Shown here one piece after another: positions 37,706-51,644 of a stretch of DNA of 64,000 bases (positions within the stretch are counted from its first letter, which is position 1; the number at the start of each line of letters is the position of its first letter). The DNA is from Mobula hypostoma (lineage: Eukaryota), in assembly GCF_963921235.1 (NCBI RefSeq), contig NC_086108.1, positions 68,822,001-68,886,000 on the forward strand. Reading direction: 5' to 3'. The notes beneath the pieces are model-generated. The model saw nothing but the letters and a program-made list of their open reading frames with translations, was not told where the DNA came from and searched no databases. Both the position numbers and the translations under genes were made by a program.

Positions 37706-40700
37706 GTAAAGTGAAGTCAGAGCCAAAGTAAAAGCAAAAGAGAAAACATACAAGGAAGCCAGAGTTAGTGGGAAGATAGAGGATTGGGGAGATTTCAAAA
37801 ACTTGCAGAAGCAATCTAAGAAGGTCATTCGGAAGGAAAAGATGAATCATGAGAGCAAGCTGACAACTAATATCAAAGAAGATACTAAAAGCTGTTTCAA
37901 GTATATAAAGGGTAAAAAAGAGTCGAGGGTAGATATAGGACAAATACAAAATGACGCTGGAGATATTGTAATGGGAGATGCAGAGAGGGCAGAGGAACTG
38001 AATGCGTATTTTACATCAGACTTCACAGCAGAAGACGTCTACAGTATACCAGGTATTCAAGAGAGTTAGGGAAGTGAAGTTTCTGCAGTGAAAATTACGA
38101 CTGAAAAGGTCCTCAGGGAGCTTAATCGTCTGAGGGTGGATAAATCTCCTGGACCTGATGGAATGCACCCTAGGGTTCTGAAGGACAGAGCGCTGAGGCA
38201 TTAACAATGATTTTTGAAGAATCAATAGATTCTGGCATTGTACCAGATGACTGGAAAATTGCAAATGTTATTCTGCTATTTAAGAAGGGTGGGAGGCAGC
38301 AGAAAGGAAACTATAGACCTGTTAGCCTGGCATCAGTGATTGGGAAGTTGTTGGAATCGATTGTTAGGGATCAGATTAGGGTACCTGGAGGCACACGATA
38401 AGATCGGCCTAAGCCAGCATGGTTTCCTGAAAGGAAAATCCTGCCTGACAAACCTACTGCAATTCTTTGAGGAAATTACAAGCAGGGTAGACCAAGGAGA
38501 TGCAACAGACGTGGAGTACTTGGATTTTCAGAAGGCCTTTGACAAGGTGCCGCACATGACACTGCTTAGCAAGATAAGAGCCCATGGAATTACAGGGAAG
38601 TTACTAGCGTGAGTGGAGCATTGGTTGGTCAGCAGAAAACAGAGAGTGGGAATAAAGGGATGGCTGCAGGTTACCAGTGGAGTTCCACAGGGATCAGTGT
38701 TGGGACCACTGCTTTTTACAACGTACGTCAATGATTTGGACTACGGTATTAATGGATTTGTGGCTAAATTTGCCGATGATACAAAGATAGGTGGAGGAGC
38801 GGGTAGTGTTGAGGAAATAGAGAGCCTACAGAGAGACTTAGATAGTTTAGGGGAATGGGCAAAGAAGTGGCAAATGAAATACAATGTTGGAAAGTGAATG
38901 GTCATTCACTTTGGTGGAAGAAATAAATGGGCAGACTATTATTTAGATAGCAAGAGAATTCAAATAGCAGAGATGCAAAGGGACTTGGGAGTCCTTGTAC
39001 AAGATACACTAAAGGTTAACCTCCAGGTTGAGTCGGTGGTGAAGACGACAAATGCAATGTTGGCATTCATTTCTAGAGGTATAGAATATAAGAGCAGGTA
39101 TGTAATGTTGAGGCTCTATAAGGCACTTGTGAGACCACACTTGGAGTATTGTGTGCAGTTTTGGGCTCCTTATTTTAGAAAGGATATATTGACATTGGAG
39201 AGGGTTCAGAGAAGATTCATGAGAACGATTCCAGGAATGAAAGGGTTACTGTATGAGGAATGTCTGGCAGCTCCTGGGCTGTATTCAGGAGAATGAGGGG
39301 GGGATCTCAAAGAAACATTCCAAACGTTAAAAGGCCTGAACAGATTAGATATGGCAAAGTTATTTCCCATGGTAGGGGATTCAAGGACAAGGGGGCACAA
39401 CTTCAGGATTGAAGGACATCCTTTTAGAACTGAGATGCGGAGAAATTACTTTAGTCAGAGGGTGGTAAATCTGTGGAATTTGTTGCCACAAGTGGCTGTG
39501 GAGGCCAAGTCATTAGGTGTATTTAAGGTAGAGATAGATAGGTTCAAAGATTCAAGATTCAAAAAACTTTATTGTCATTCTAACCGTACATCAGCTCCGC
39601 AGGGCAGAATGAGACAGCGTTTCTCAGGAGCAGTGCAATCATAACATAACAAACGCAACACTAAATAATAAACATAACAATAAATAGTAAAACACAACAG
39701 CCACATGTCAGTTAAAATGAGTTATAAGTGTCCAGTGCAAGTTAAAAGTGTCCAAAGCAGAGTCAGGTAGAGCAGCTATTTAGCAGTCTGACTGCCTGTG
39801 GGAGGAAGCTGTTTAGTAGCCTTGTGATTTTAGATCTGATGCTGCTGTAACGTTTGCCTGATGGCAGAAGAACAAACAGTTCATGGAGAGGGTATGAGGG
39901 GTCTTTAGTGATGTACCGTGTCTTCTGGAGGCATCGACTCTGAAAGAGGTCTTGGACAGAAGGTAGGGAGACTCCAATAACCTTCTCTGCTCCCCTAACC
40001 ACCCTCTGCAAGGCTTTTTTGTCGACAGCACTGCAGCTGGAGTACCAGGTTGTGATGCAAAAGGTCAGCACACTCTCAACCATGCCTCTGTAGAATGTAG
40101 TTAAGATGTTAGTGGGGAGTGATGCTTCTTTAAGCATCCTCAGAAAGTGCAATCTCTGCTGGGCCCGTATCACAATCCCAGTGGTGTTCCTGGACCAGGT
40201 GATATTGTCCGAGATCTGCACCCTAAGAAACTTGATGTTTTCCACTCTCTCCACTGTGGAGCCACTGATGCTGAGGGGTGTGTGCTCAGGCTGAGACCGT
40301 CTGAAATCGACGATCATCTCCTTGGTTCTGGTGACATTAAGCATCAAGTTGTTATTCCTGCACCAGCTCTCTAGGTGTTTGACCTCCTCCCTGTACATTG
40401 TTTCATCATTTTTGCTGATGAGCCCCACCACTGTGGTATCATCTGCAAATTTAATGATCAGGTTCTCCTTGAATCTGGCTGCACAGTCATGTGTTAGCAG
40501 TGTAAACAGCAATGGGCTAAGCACACAGCCTTGTGGGGATCCAGTGCTCAGTGTGATGGAGTCAGAGATGTTCCTGCCAACACGGACTGACTGTGGTCTA
40601 TCTGTCAAGAAATCCAGAATCCAGCAACACATGGCAGTGCTGAGGCCAAGCAGCGACAGATTAGCCAGGGCATCAAAGGGTATGAGGTGAAAGCAGGGGA

Positions 40701-40803
40701 GTGGGAATGACTGGAAGAAGAGGATCAGCCCATGATTGAATGCTGGAGCAGACTCGATGGGTTGAATGGCCTACTTCTGCCCCTATATCTTATGGTCTTA
40801 TGA
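37706..40803 (+). mobile_element. 5'-truncated CR1 LINE (RT pseudogene)
   Basis: GNYRPVSLAS, QHGFLKGKSCLTNL, YLDFQKAFDKVPH, SGVPQGSVLGP, KFADDTK; 3' tail tcttatggtcttatg. Confidence 0.93.
39545..40660 (-). mobile_element. Relatively young 5'-truncated Rex1/Babar LINE inserted in the CR1 3' end
   Basis: Uninterrupted 289-aa ORF 39763-40632 ([34 protein letters not shown]); (ttgaatc)n tail. Confidence 0.93.
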
Positions 40804-42529
40804 TCACAGATACCTTCAAATTCTTCGCAGTTCCGAACTTGAAGTAGCGAAAATGTTTCATTTTTATTTCCAGCCATTTCTCAAAACAGCAATGAGGTAA
40901 ACTGTTCTGAATTGTCTTACTGCTTATTTCTCACCAACTTTAAGTTGAAAAAAATCACTGCTTTTTGAACAAACACACACAAATTATGGTACTTATATAA
41001 CTTGGCTCCAAGTATGGAGTAGTGTCTAACGGCCACACAAGTGCATGCAACTGATGCTAGGTAGAAACTGTTTGGCAACAGTCTCCTGTCCCAATTATGC
41101 AGCATAGTGTCCTAAATAAATCCCGGCTATTTACTTGATTAGTTTTTGTTCTTCAAGAATTATCCCAAATAAGCTGCTGCCCTGATTAACTGATGGCCCA
41201 ATTAACCGCAATCCACTATATATAATTTTTTAATACACTGATTTCCATTTGGAGGTGTATTTTCACTTTAAAATACATGTATTTGCAAAAATGTCTGTCC
41301 TATTCAGGATCCTTTGCAGATTATATTTAAGCAAAGCAAACAGAAGGTACAATTATTAATAATAATTCCATGGCTGAAATACTTCATTTTGAGAAAGTGC
41401 TGCCTTCTATTTCAACTTTATATTTCCGAAGAGTTTTTTATGGTTCAAGTTCCAAGAAATTCTATTTGGTTTCCTTGATTAATTTCCAAGTTTTGAATTT
41501 TCTCTGAAAAGATTCATCTCAAGTTCAGACTTAAGGTTGCTGTTGCACAGCATCTTCAAACTAACTTTTCTTTCGGTATAATCCAATAATTTTGCTTAAT
41601 GGTTTGTCTTTCAGAAACTAACCTTTTTTTTGCACTTTTTATAAAGTGAGTCAGAATGGGATTTCTCGTCACCCTCTGGTTAAAACTGTCTTTGAATCTT
41701 TAACATTAAGAAGAATTGTGGGTCAACAAATAAGGTGGGTCATGACTTTAATTTTGTTAGTAATGTAAAAGGAGATTTTGCTATACATTGAAAAATTTGA
41801 ATTGGTTTAGTATTGTCACACGTACCAAGAAACAATGAAAAGTTTTTCTTGCATACTGTTCATACAGGTCAGATCATTACATAGTGCACTGAGGTAAAAC
41901 AATACAAAATGCAGAATAAAGTGTAGCAGGTACAAAGAAAGTGCGGGCAAACAAAATACAATTTCTTAACAAGGTAGATAGTGAGGCCAAGAGTTCAATT
42001 TATCAAACTAATGAACTATTTAATGATATTAAAGCAGCAGGGTAGAAGCTGCTCTTGAGACCGATGATACATGTTTTCAGGCTTTTCTATCTTCTACCTA
42101 ATGGGAGAGGGGAGAAGAGAGAATGTCCGTTGATGTAGTCAGGAGCATGTGTACCGTCCCCTTCCTGAAGCCACTGACCAGCTCATTTGTTTTGCTGACA
42201 CTGATGGAAAGGTTGCTGTCTTGATACCATACTACTGAGCTCTCCTGCCATGTGCAGTACAAACCTTTTTTGTGTCTGAGAGAAAGCCCAGTAAGAGGCA
42301 TGGGCAAGTGTTTAGACTTTGGTGTCTTACATTTGAGACCCTAATCGCTCAATGTCCTGATGGTGTCATTTGAACTCTGCTTAAATATTATTAACATAAT
42401 TAAAATACTGTAAGTTAAATAATTTATGAATTCTCTTTACCTCCTACCTTCCTTTTAATATATCACCTGCACTTTTAACTTTGTAAATTAAGCTTAGAAA
42501 ATGAAATGGTACTTGTACCTATAAAAGTC

Positions 42530-43615
42530 ATAATCATAGGGTAAATACAGTAGAGAAACGAGCTCCATGGCCCAACCAGTCCATGTCAACTAAGATGCAT
42601 ATCGTCAAGTCCTATTTGGCTCATATCTCTCCAAATCTTTCCTATCCATATACTCATCAATGTGTCTTTTAAATGTTGTTAATATGTAGTACCTGCCTCA
42701 ACCACTTCCTTTCCAGCTCATTCAACATGGGACAAACTTCTGAAAAAAAAATGTTGCTCCTCAGGTTCTTACTAAATCTCTCTCCTCTCACCCTAAACCC
42801 GTACCCTCTAGTTTTTGATTTCGCAAGCCTGGTAAAAAGATTGTGTATTCGCCCAATCTTTGTCCCTCATAATTTGATGCACCTCTTTAACATTGCTCCT
42901 CACCCTCCCAAACTTCAGTGAATAATGTTCCAGCCCGCCAAACCTATCTCCATAACTCAGCCCTGATGTTCTTGCAATTTTCCTGTAAATGTCCACTTCA
43001 CCCTTAAAAGCTTAATATCACCTTTCCTAGAACAGGGTGATGAAAACTGAACACGATATTTTAAATGTGCTATGCATTTCAGTGTCATGTACAACTGCAC
43101 ATAACATCCAAACTTCTGTACTCAATGCCCAACAGATGAAGGCCAGCATGCCAAAATCATCTTCACCATCCTATCTACCTGTGATGCCATTTTCAGGGAA
43201 CCATGTACTTGAAATCCAAAGTCCTTCTGTTTTACAACATTCCCCAGGACACTGTGAAAGGTCTACCTTAATTTATCTTTGCAAAATACAGAACATCACA
43301 CTTTTCTGAATTAAACTCCATTTGCCATTCCTCAGCCCACTTACCTGCCTGATGAAGATCTCACTGTAATTTTGATCATCAGCTACCAATCAAGCCAATT
43401 GTGTATTCAATTAGCCAACTCTCCCATGCAATCCAACTTCCCATAGCAGTCTACCACGTGGAACCTTATCAAAGGCCTTACAAAAATCTATACAAGCTCT
43501 ATCTACCCCTTTGCCCTCATTAATCTTCTTAAGTTACTTTTTCAAAAACTCATTCTGATTTGTGAGACACGATCTCCCATGTGCAAAGCTGAGCTATCAC
43601 TAATAAACCAGTCTT
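42530..43615 (-). mobile_element. Old CR1 3' region
   Basis: ccacgtggaaccttatcaaaggcctt (reverse of KAFDKVP); GLSYGDR..GLEHYSL. Confidence 0.75.
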
Positions 43616-43619
43616 TCTG

Positions 43620-45082
43620 ACTAGTTCCTGAGGATTGGAGGGTGGCTAATGTAACTCCACTTTTTAAAAAAGGAGGGAGAGAGAAACCAGGGAATTATTA
43701 GCCTAACGTCGGTGGTGGGGAAACTGCTGGAGTCAGTTATCAAGGATGTGATAACAGCACATTTGGAAAGCGGTGAAATATCGGACAAAGTCAGCATGGA
43801 TTTGTGAAAGGAAAATCATGTCTGACGAATCTCATAGAATTTTTTGAGGATGTAACTAGTAGAGTGGATAGGGGAGAACCAGTGGATGTGGTATATTTGG
43901 ATTTTCAAAAGGCTTTTGACAAGGTCCCACACAGGAGATTAGTGTGCAAACTTAAAGCACACGGTATTGGGGGTAAGGTATTGGTGTGGGTGGAGAATTG
44001 GTTAGCAGACAGGAAGCAAAGAGTGGGAATAAACGGGACCTTTTCAGAATGGCAGGTGGTGACTAGTGGGGTACCGCAAGGCTCAGTGCTGAGACCCCAG
44101 TTGTTTACAATATATATTAATGACTTGGATGAGGGAATTAAATGCAGCATCTCCAAGTTTGCGGATGACACGAAGCTGGGTGGCAGTGTTAGCTGTGAGG
44201 AGGATGCTAAGAGGATGCAGGGTGACTTGGATAGGTTGGGTGAGTGGGCAAATTCATGGCAGATGCAATTTAATGTGGATAAATGTGAAGTTATCCACTT
44301 TGGTGGCAAAAATAGGAAAACAGATTATTATCTGAATGGTGGCCGATTAGGAAAAGGGGAGGTGCAACGAGACCTGGATGTCATTATACACCAGTCATTG
44401 AAAGTGGGCATGCAGGTACAGCAGGCGGTGAAAAAGGCGAATGGTATGCTGGCATTTATAGCGAGAGGATTCGAGTACAGGAGCAAGGAGGTACTACTGC
44501 AGTTGTACAAGGCCTTGGTGAGACCACACCTGGAGTATTGTGTGCAGTTTTGGTCCCCTAATCTGAGGAAAGACATCCTTGCCATACAGGGAGTACAAAG
44601 AAGGTTCACCAGATTGATTCCTGGGATGGCAGGACTTTCATACGAAGAAAGACTGGATGAACTGGGCTTGTACTCGTTGGAATTTAGAAGATTGAGGGGG
44701 GATCTGATTGAAACGTATAAAATCCTAAAGGGATTGGACAGGCTAGATGCAGGAAGATTGTTCCCGATGTTGGGGAAGGCCAGAACGAGGGGCCACAGTT
44801 TGAGGATAGAGGGGAAGCCTTTTAGGACCGAGATTAGGAAAAACTTCTTCACACAGAGAGTGGTGAATCTGTGGAATTCTCTGCCACAGGAAACAGTTGA
44901 GGCCAGTTCATTGGCTATATTTAAAAGGGAGTTAGATATGGCCCTTGTGGCTACGGGGGTCAGGGGGTATGGAGAGAAGGCTGGGGCGGGGTTCTGAGTT
45001 GGATGATCAGCCATGATCATAATAAATGGCGGTGCAGGCTCGAAGGGCCGAATGGCCTACTCCTGCACCTATTTTCTATGTA
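43620..45082 (+). mobile_element. Young 5'-truncated CR1 LINE with an open RT/C-terminal frame
   Basis: 397-aa ORF 43804-44997 with CR1 RT motifs; 3' UTR ggccgaatggcctactcctgcacctattttctatg. Confidence 0.95.
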
Positions 45083-45339
45083 TCCTTCAGAATCCCCTCC
45101 AATAGTCTACCTATCACAGATGTTAAGCTTAATGATCTATAGTTCAGTTTTTTTTCATCCTGCTTAAATAAAGGCACTTCCCAACCTTCAGTATGTTGAT
45201 ATGGAGCACTCTAAGTCTCGGACTTGCTGTAAGTTTTAGCACATGAGCTTCCCTTGCAGAGTTACTTTATATTTTTTTATATTAACGTAGTCTTCTTCAT
45301 ACCTTGTACCTACTCTCATTATGTCTCAATGGTAACCTC

Positions 45340-47190
45340 ATGTTCAAAAAGTTCAAGTTCAAAATACACTTATCATCAAAGTACATGTATTTCACCATTT
45401 ACAACCCTGAGAATTATTTACTTGCGGGTGTTCACAGTGAATAAAAGAAACAGAATAAAATCAATGAGAGACCGCACCCAACAGGACAGACAAACAACCA
45501 ATGTACAAACACAAAAAGAAAAAAATAATCATCAATAATCAATAAATAAGCAAAAATATTGAGAACCTGAAATGAAGAGTCTTTGAAAATGAGTCCACAG
45601 ATTGTGGGAACATTTTAGCGTTGGGGCAAATGTAGTTATCCCCTTGGGTTGAAGAGCCTTATGTTTGAGGGGCAATAACCGTTCCTGAACCTGGTGGTGC
45701 AGGTCCTGAGTCTCCTGTACCTTCTGCTCTTGAACAATAGTGGTATCTATGTTAGGCTACCGGATCCTTGACTTACTGACTGGGAGACCACAGTCTGTGC
45801 GAATCAGAAATAACATCTCCCTTTTGCTGATGATCAACACTAGTGCACCTCAAGGATGTGCGCTTAGCCTACTGCTCTATTCCTTCTACATCCATAATTG
45901 TATGGCTAGGGACAGCTCAAGTGCATCTATAAATTTGCTGACATCACAATTTTGTCGTCAGAATTTCAGACGCTGATGAGGAGGCATACAAGAATGAGAT
46001 AGATCAGCTGGATGAGTGGTGTCACAGCAACAACCTTGGACTCAATATCAGTAAGACCAAGACACTGACAGTGAACTTCAGGAAGAGGAAGTCAAGGGAA
46101 CACACATCAGTCCTCATTGAGGGATCAGAAGTGGAAGGGGTGAGCATTTTTAAGTTCCTGGGGTCAACATCTCTGAAGGTCTATCCTGGGTCCAACGTAT
46201 TGATGCAATTACAAAGAAGGCATGACAATAGCTATATTTCATTTAGAGTTCGAGGAGAACTGGTATGTCACCAAAGTCACCTACAAATTTCTACAGATAT
46301 ATAGTGGAGAGCATCACAATCTGGAATGGAAGGGCCACCTCACAGGAATGGAAAAAGCTGCAGAAAGTTTTAAACTCAGCCAGCTCCATCATGGGCATTA
46401 GCCTTCCCAGTGTCAAGGACACCTTCAAGAAGTGATACTCAAAAAGGCAGCATCCATCATTAAGGACCCCCCATCACTCAGGACATGCGATCTTCTTATT
46501 GCTACCATCAAGTAGGACTTATAGGAGCCTAAACAGCCACACTCATTGTTTCAGGAGCAGCTTCTGCCCCTCCGCCATCAGATTTTTGAATGGCAATAAG
46601 CCCATGAACACTACTTCAATATTTTTCCCCTCTCTTTTTGTACTACTTAATTTTCTTTTTTATATATAATTTTTACTGTAATTTATAGTTTTTATTATTA
46701 TGCAATGCAATGCATTGCAGTGCATTGCTGCCACAAAGCAACAAAGTTCACAGTGTATGCCAATGATATTAAACCAGATTCTTACTCTGATTCTTCCTGT
46801 TGGCAGCTTTGAGAAGAGAACATGGCCTGGATGGGGGTACTTGATGATGGATGCTGCTTTCCTGCAACAGCATTCTGTGTAGATGTGCTCAGTGGTGGGG
46901 AGGGCTTTATGCATGATGGACTGGGCCATATCCACTTCTTTTTGTAGGCTTTTTCATTGAAGGGCATTGATGTTCCCATACTAGGCTGTGATGCAACATG
47001 TTAAATACACTCTACACCACACCATCTATGTCAGTTTGTCAAACTTTTTGATGACATGCAAAATCCTCGCAAATTGCTAAGAAAAAAGAGGTGCTGGGTC
47101 CAGGACAGATCATCTGAAATAATAATACCAAAGAATTTAAAGTTGCCGACCCTCTCCACCTCTGATCTCCCAATGAAAACTGGCTCATGT
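45340..47190. mobile_element. Cluster of decayed Rex1/Babar fragments (minus 45340-45725, plus 45760-46790, minus 46795-47190)
   Basis: ILDLLTGRPQSVRI, PQGCALS, CCRKAASIIK motifs. Confidence 0.8.
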
Positions 47191-48205
47191 ACCTTCAAGT
47201 GAGAAAATGGAGGATCCATTTACACAAGGAGTTGACTATATTGGACTCATTCTTTAAGCCTGTATCATTCACATGTCTGCCCTACTCAGCTTACAGTTTA
47301 AGACTTATTTTTCTTTGTTCTGTCCCTTTTCTATCCTCCATTCTGCCCCCCGTGTACGATGTTTGCAGCTTTCTTTTGAAAGAATGAAAGGCAACAGTAT
47401 TTCCCTACTAAACCATTTTAGTAAAAAAAAATTTCAGATGCAGCACTACACTTAGAAGTAACTAAAATGTTTCAGTAAAATTATTTTTTTAAGACTCAAC
47501 TTCACCCTGCCTTGAAACTCCATTGAGATAGGAATTGACTTGCCATAGAATCAGACGACAAATTCTCCAGAAGATCTTACCAGATTTGGCCCTATCATTG
47601 ATGGTGTATGTGACAGATGCACTGCCATCTTTCATTTGGTAATCCTTGAGTTTCTATGTTTGGCAGCTCACGTGGAAGTTTTGGAATGGACGTTTCTTGC
47701 TGCCTCTAGCCCACTTTGATATATCCCATTAAAAATCAATTAAACAGCTAAATTATTATTTGCAATTTAAGAAAAAAATCACTTAAGCAATTTTGACCTC
47801 TTAAATAATTAAAGTCATTAAAGCAAGCAGTTAATTAAAATGTGTAAATTACCATTCCCTACAGCTATTCCTGTTTTTGCAAATGAATGGACTTGCTGCC
47901 CCTGCAACAATCAAGTTCATGCTTAAGCAATGAGCACCACACAGAGTCCAACATCTATGCAAAGCCAGCCAGGAAGCTGCAAGCAGAACCTAGGTAGGGA
48001 ATTCAGGACTTTAATGTTCAAGTTGAAGTATCGAACTTCATGAAATGACTAAGTACTGGCAGTCCTGTGGAACATTACACTGGAAAATGAGGTCTACAAC
48101 ATGTTTTATGAACTAGAAAGTGAGAATTTGTCTAGTTTATGTCCCTTTCATGGAATTGGAAACTTCAGATAGCGTAATTTTCCAAAGTAATGGTTTCTTT
48201 AAAAT

Positions 48206-48518
48206 TGTTCCCTGAAAATTGAATATAACAAATTGGATCTTTCTTTAATTAGATGATATTCCCCTGGATATTAATGCACACAAAATGCTGGAGGAACTCA
48301 ACAAGTCAGGCCGCGTCTATGGAAGGTAATCAACAGTTGATGTTTTGGGCTGAGATTCTTCATCGAGACTATTCATCAGAATGTTGACTGGTTATTCCCC
48401 TGCATTGATGTGTCTGATTTGCTGAGTTCCTCCAGCATTTTGTGTGCATTAATATCCAGGGGAATATCATCCTAATTAAAGAAAGATCCAATTGGTTATA
48501 TTCAATTTTCAGGGAACA
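48206..48518. repeat. Long inverted repeat centred on a Penelope-derived palindrome
   Basis: 48206-48300 and the reverse complement of 48423-48518 differ by 1 substitution and 1 indel. Confidence 0.92.
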
Positions 48519-48532
48519 CTTTTTAGAATAAC

Positions 48533-48855
48533 AGACCTCCAAGAGGACCACAACCGTGTCACGGTTTGGATGTTTGCATGCATTAAAGACTCAGAGAGCT
48601 ATGCTGTCTGGAGTCAGAGCCTTGTGCTTTGGCTCTTGGTAGGGTCACCCACGCCAAATAGATCGAAGGTTACAGGTTAGACTAAGAGTGGTCCACTGGT
48701 CCTCTAAGTTCGGGGGTTCAGCTCAGGAGTAACAACCCTGACTGGCCAAGCAAAACTACTGGCACAATGAAGGAAGCCCTGAACACCAAACAGAGATGGA
48801 GGACCTCCATTGCTGCCCTAAATGCCAGAAGGCACAACAGGCAGCAAGAACGCAA
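48533..48855 (+). mobile_element. RTE/Rex3-like 5' UTR-derived short element
   Basis: ggtagggtcaccca...agactaagag and ggggttcagc..taacaaccc motifs recalled from RTE 5' ends. Confidence 0.45.
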
Positions 48856-49989
48856 GTCAGGAGAAAAGAAATGAAAATGAACCACACTTAGGGTTCCAGC
48901 AGAATGCAAGTAAAGAAGTTTAATGAAATAGGAACAGCAAAGCAAACACTCGTGCACTCTAGTCAGGTAGCATCCATGCTCCTCAACTTGCCCAGTATTT
49001 CCAGCATTTTCTATTAATATTTCAAGCGTCCTGCATCCGCTGTTTCTAGTGACTTTCAAAATTTAAATTAACATGTATTGATGTAATCTATGAGATTGAT
49101 ATCTGGAATTTCAATCAACATGACACTGATTTTTCAAAGCATCATTGTAAACAATGCTGGACAAAATTATGCAACTTATATTATCCCAAAGTTTATCCAG
49201 AGACTTTTTGCTGTGAGTCATCATGGCAACCATATCAAGATTTTACAATTAGGGCAGCAGACAGTAACTTCGTTAGCCTTGCAAAAGCCCTGCAGGGGTA
49301 TTTGGATCATAATATCCTTGAACACCTGTCATAAAGCTTCCGTGGTTTGGCTCCTGCAATATCAAACAGCAAGGTTTGCAATGAACTAAAATAGTTAATT
49401 CATAGGTTTCCTCCACTTAACATTTACTGCTCATGTACAATTTTTTTTCTAATACTGCACTCCTATTCATCCTTTCAGAAATATGGTGTGCTCCCCCTCT
49501 CCAGCACCGTCATAAATACAAATATGACCACTCCCCCACCCATCATGCTATGCCATCAGAACACCCCCCATCACAAGTGCCACATTAATCTGACATCCCT
49601 GCTCCTCACCACATGCCACGCTTCCCCAAACTCTTGTCTTTTCTACCACAGTCTGATCCAGGGTCACTATAACCTATCCCACCATCAGTCCAATTTGGGT
49701 CTGAAGTCAACCTCACCAGATCACTGCAAGGTGGCACATTTAAGTACAAAAAGAGTCTCTGATGGAGACTTAAGTGGCAATGAATCTTGATGTGCCTACT
49801 GGCCCTACACTTTACCACTAGATCCCCTCCCCTATCTGGTTCTATCTGCCCTTCATCACTTCAATAAAAGTTCCCATTATCATCACCCTTATTTATAAGA
49901 TTACAGCACTGGAGACTTTGTGTCCTTATTGTCACTCTTCCACCTCTGGATCCAACTCCATCCTTCCCTCATCTTTCTACCATATCAGG

Positions 49990-50712
49990 AAAAACTTTTG
50001 GTATTCTCTTTTATACTATTGGCTAGTTTACCTTCACACTTCCTATTTTCTCTAACCACATTTTAGTTGCATTTTGTTGATTTTTAAAAGCTTCCCAATC
50101 CTCTAGCTTCCCACAAATTTTTTCCTAATTATATGTCTTCTCTTTTGCTTTCATGTTGTCTTTGCCTCACCCTTCTTTTAGAATACTGCTTCTTCTTTGG
50201 GATGAACCTATTCTCATCTTCCAAATTACTCCTAGAAACTCCAATTATTCACAAACTTGGACACAAAGCCATCAATTTTGTTATCCAGATCATTAAAATA
50301 TAACATGAAAAGTAGCAGACCTTACACTGACCCCTGTGGAACATCACCAGCAGCCAACAAGAAAACACCACCTTTATTCCCACTCATCGTCTTCTGCTAG
50401 TCAGCCAATCTTCTGTCAATGCTAGTATCTTTTTTATTAATGCCCTGGACTCTTATTATTATGCATAGCATGTACTGCTGCTGCAAAGACAACAAATTTT
50501 AGGGCATATGCTAGTGATATTATACCTGATTGTGATCCTGCATCATCCAAGTTACTCCCAGAAACACAAGTCATTGCTCTTCTGTCGTCATCCCTACTAG
50601 CATCCCTGGAACAATCAACTTTGGCCAACATCTCTCTCGTGCCTCTCCAGTTCCCTTTACTCCACTGTAATTTGGTACAAACCTGACACATATGATTTTA
50701 GCTATATATATA

Positions 50713-50753
<41 letters not shown>

Positions 50754-51500
50754 CTTTGCTATATTATAATCACTGCCTCCTAAGGATTCCTTTACTTTAA
50801 GCTCCTTAATCATATATGGTTCTTTACACAACAACCAATACAGAGTTGCCTTTTCCCTACGAGACTTCATCACAATTAAAAGGCCATCTCATAGATATTC
50901 TACAAATGCCTCCTCTTGGATTCCAGTACCAACCTTATTTTCCATATAGAAATCTCCCACAATATTTGTAACATTGCCCTATTATATGTCTTTTCTATTT
51001 CTCATTTTACTTTGTACCCAACATCCCAGCTACTATTCAGAGGCCTATATATGACTCCCATCATGGTCTTTTTACTCTTGCAGTTTCTTAAACTCTACCC
51101 ACAAGAATCTTACATCTTCTGATCTAATGTCACTTCTTTCTAAGAAATCAGTTTCATTATTTACCAACAAAGCACTCCAGTCACTCTGGTATTTTGTCTC
51201 TCCCTTTGAAACAACGTATTTTCTTAGATGTTAAGTTCCCTGCTGTGATCTACTTTTGTCCACTGCTCAGTGATGCCCTGCCAATTTCCAACTGTGGTAA
51301 AAGATCATATACCTTATTATTACTGTATGAATTCAAATATAATCCCCTCAGTTATGTAGTCACCATCCATTTCAACTTTGTTTCCAAGTTGCCTGAAGTT
51401 AAATTCTTTTACCTTTCTAAACTTTGTCTTTTTTTTATTCTGGAAACTTCCGTAATTGCTCCTGCACTCTCTTTCCCTTTTATTTTATCCTGAGACCCGA
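49990..51500 (-). mobile_element. Heavily decayed CR1, containing a (TA)n(TC)n microsatellite at 50703-50748
   Basis: REKATLYWLLC..IKELKVKESLGGSDYN endonuclease remnant. Confidence 0.7.
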
Positions 51501-51644
51501 GGTTGGATCTCCTATCTTAGGCAATTTCCTCTTAAATCAATTAATTGGTATAGATTTTGACTTATTAATAGATTTTCACATGAAAACAAAGATGCAGAAG
51601 ACAATGTAACAAAATAGTGAATTATTTGCTGTACGAGTGTAATT

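Larger units (their letters stand above)
37045..41220. mobile_element. Tigger-like MITE split by nested insertions
   Basis: Ends cagttaattg.. and ..cccaattaaccgcaatccacta; pieces at 37045-37122, 37420-37705 and 40805-41220. Confidence 0.6.

Noticed and set aside
44328..45020. 230-aa minus-strand ORF
   Set aside because: Antisense shadow of the CR1 RT frame; no independent gene evidence
48620..48745. Possible HDV-like ribozyme in the RTE-like 5' sequence
   Set aside because: Could not build the nested double pseudoknot by eye; needs a covariance or descriptor search
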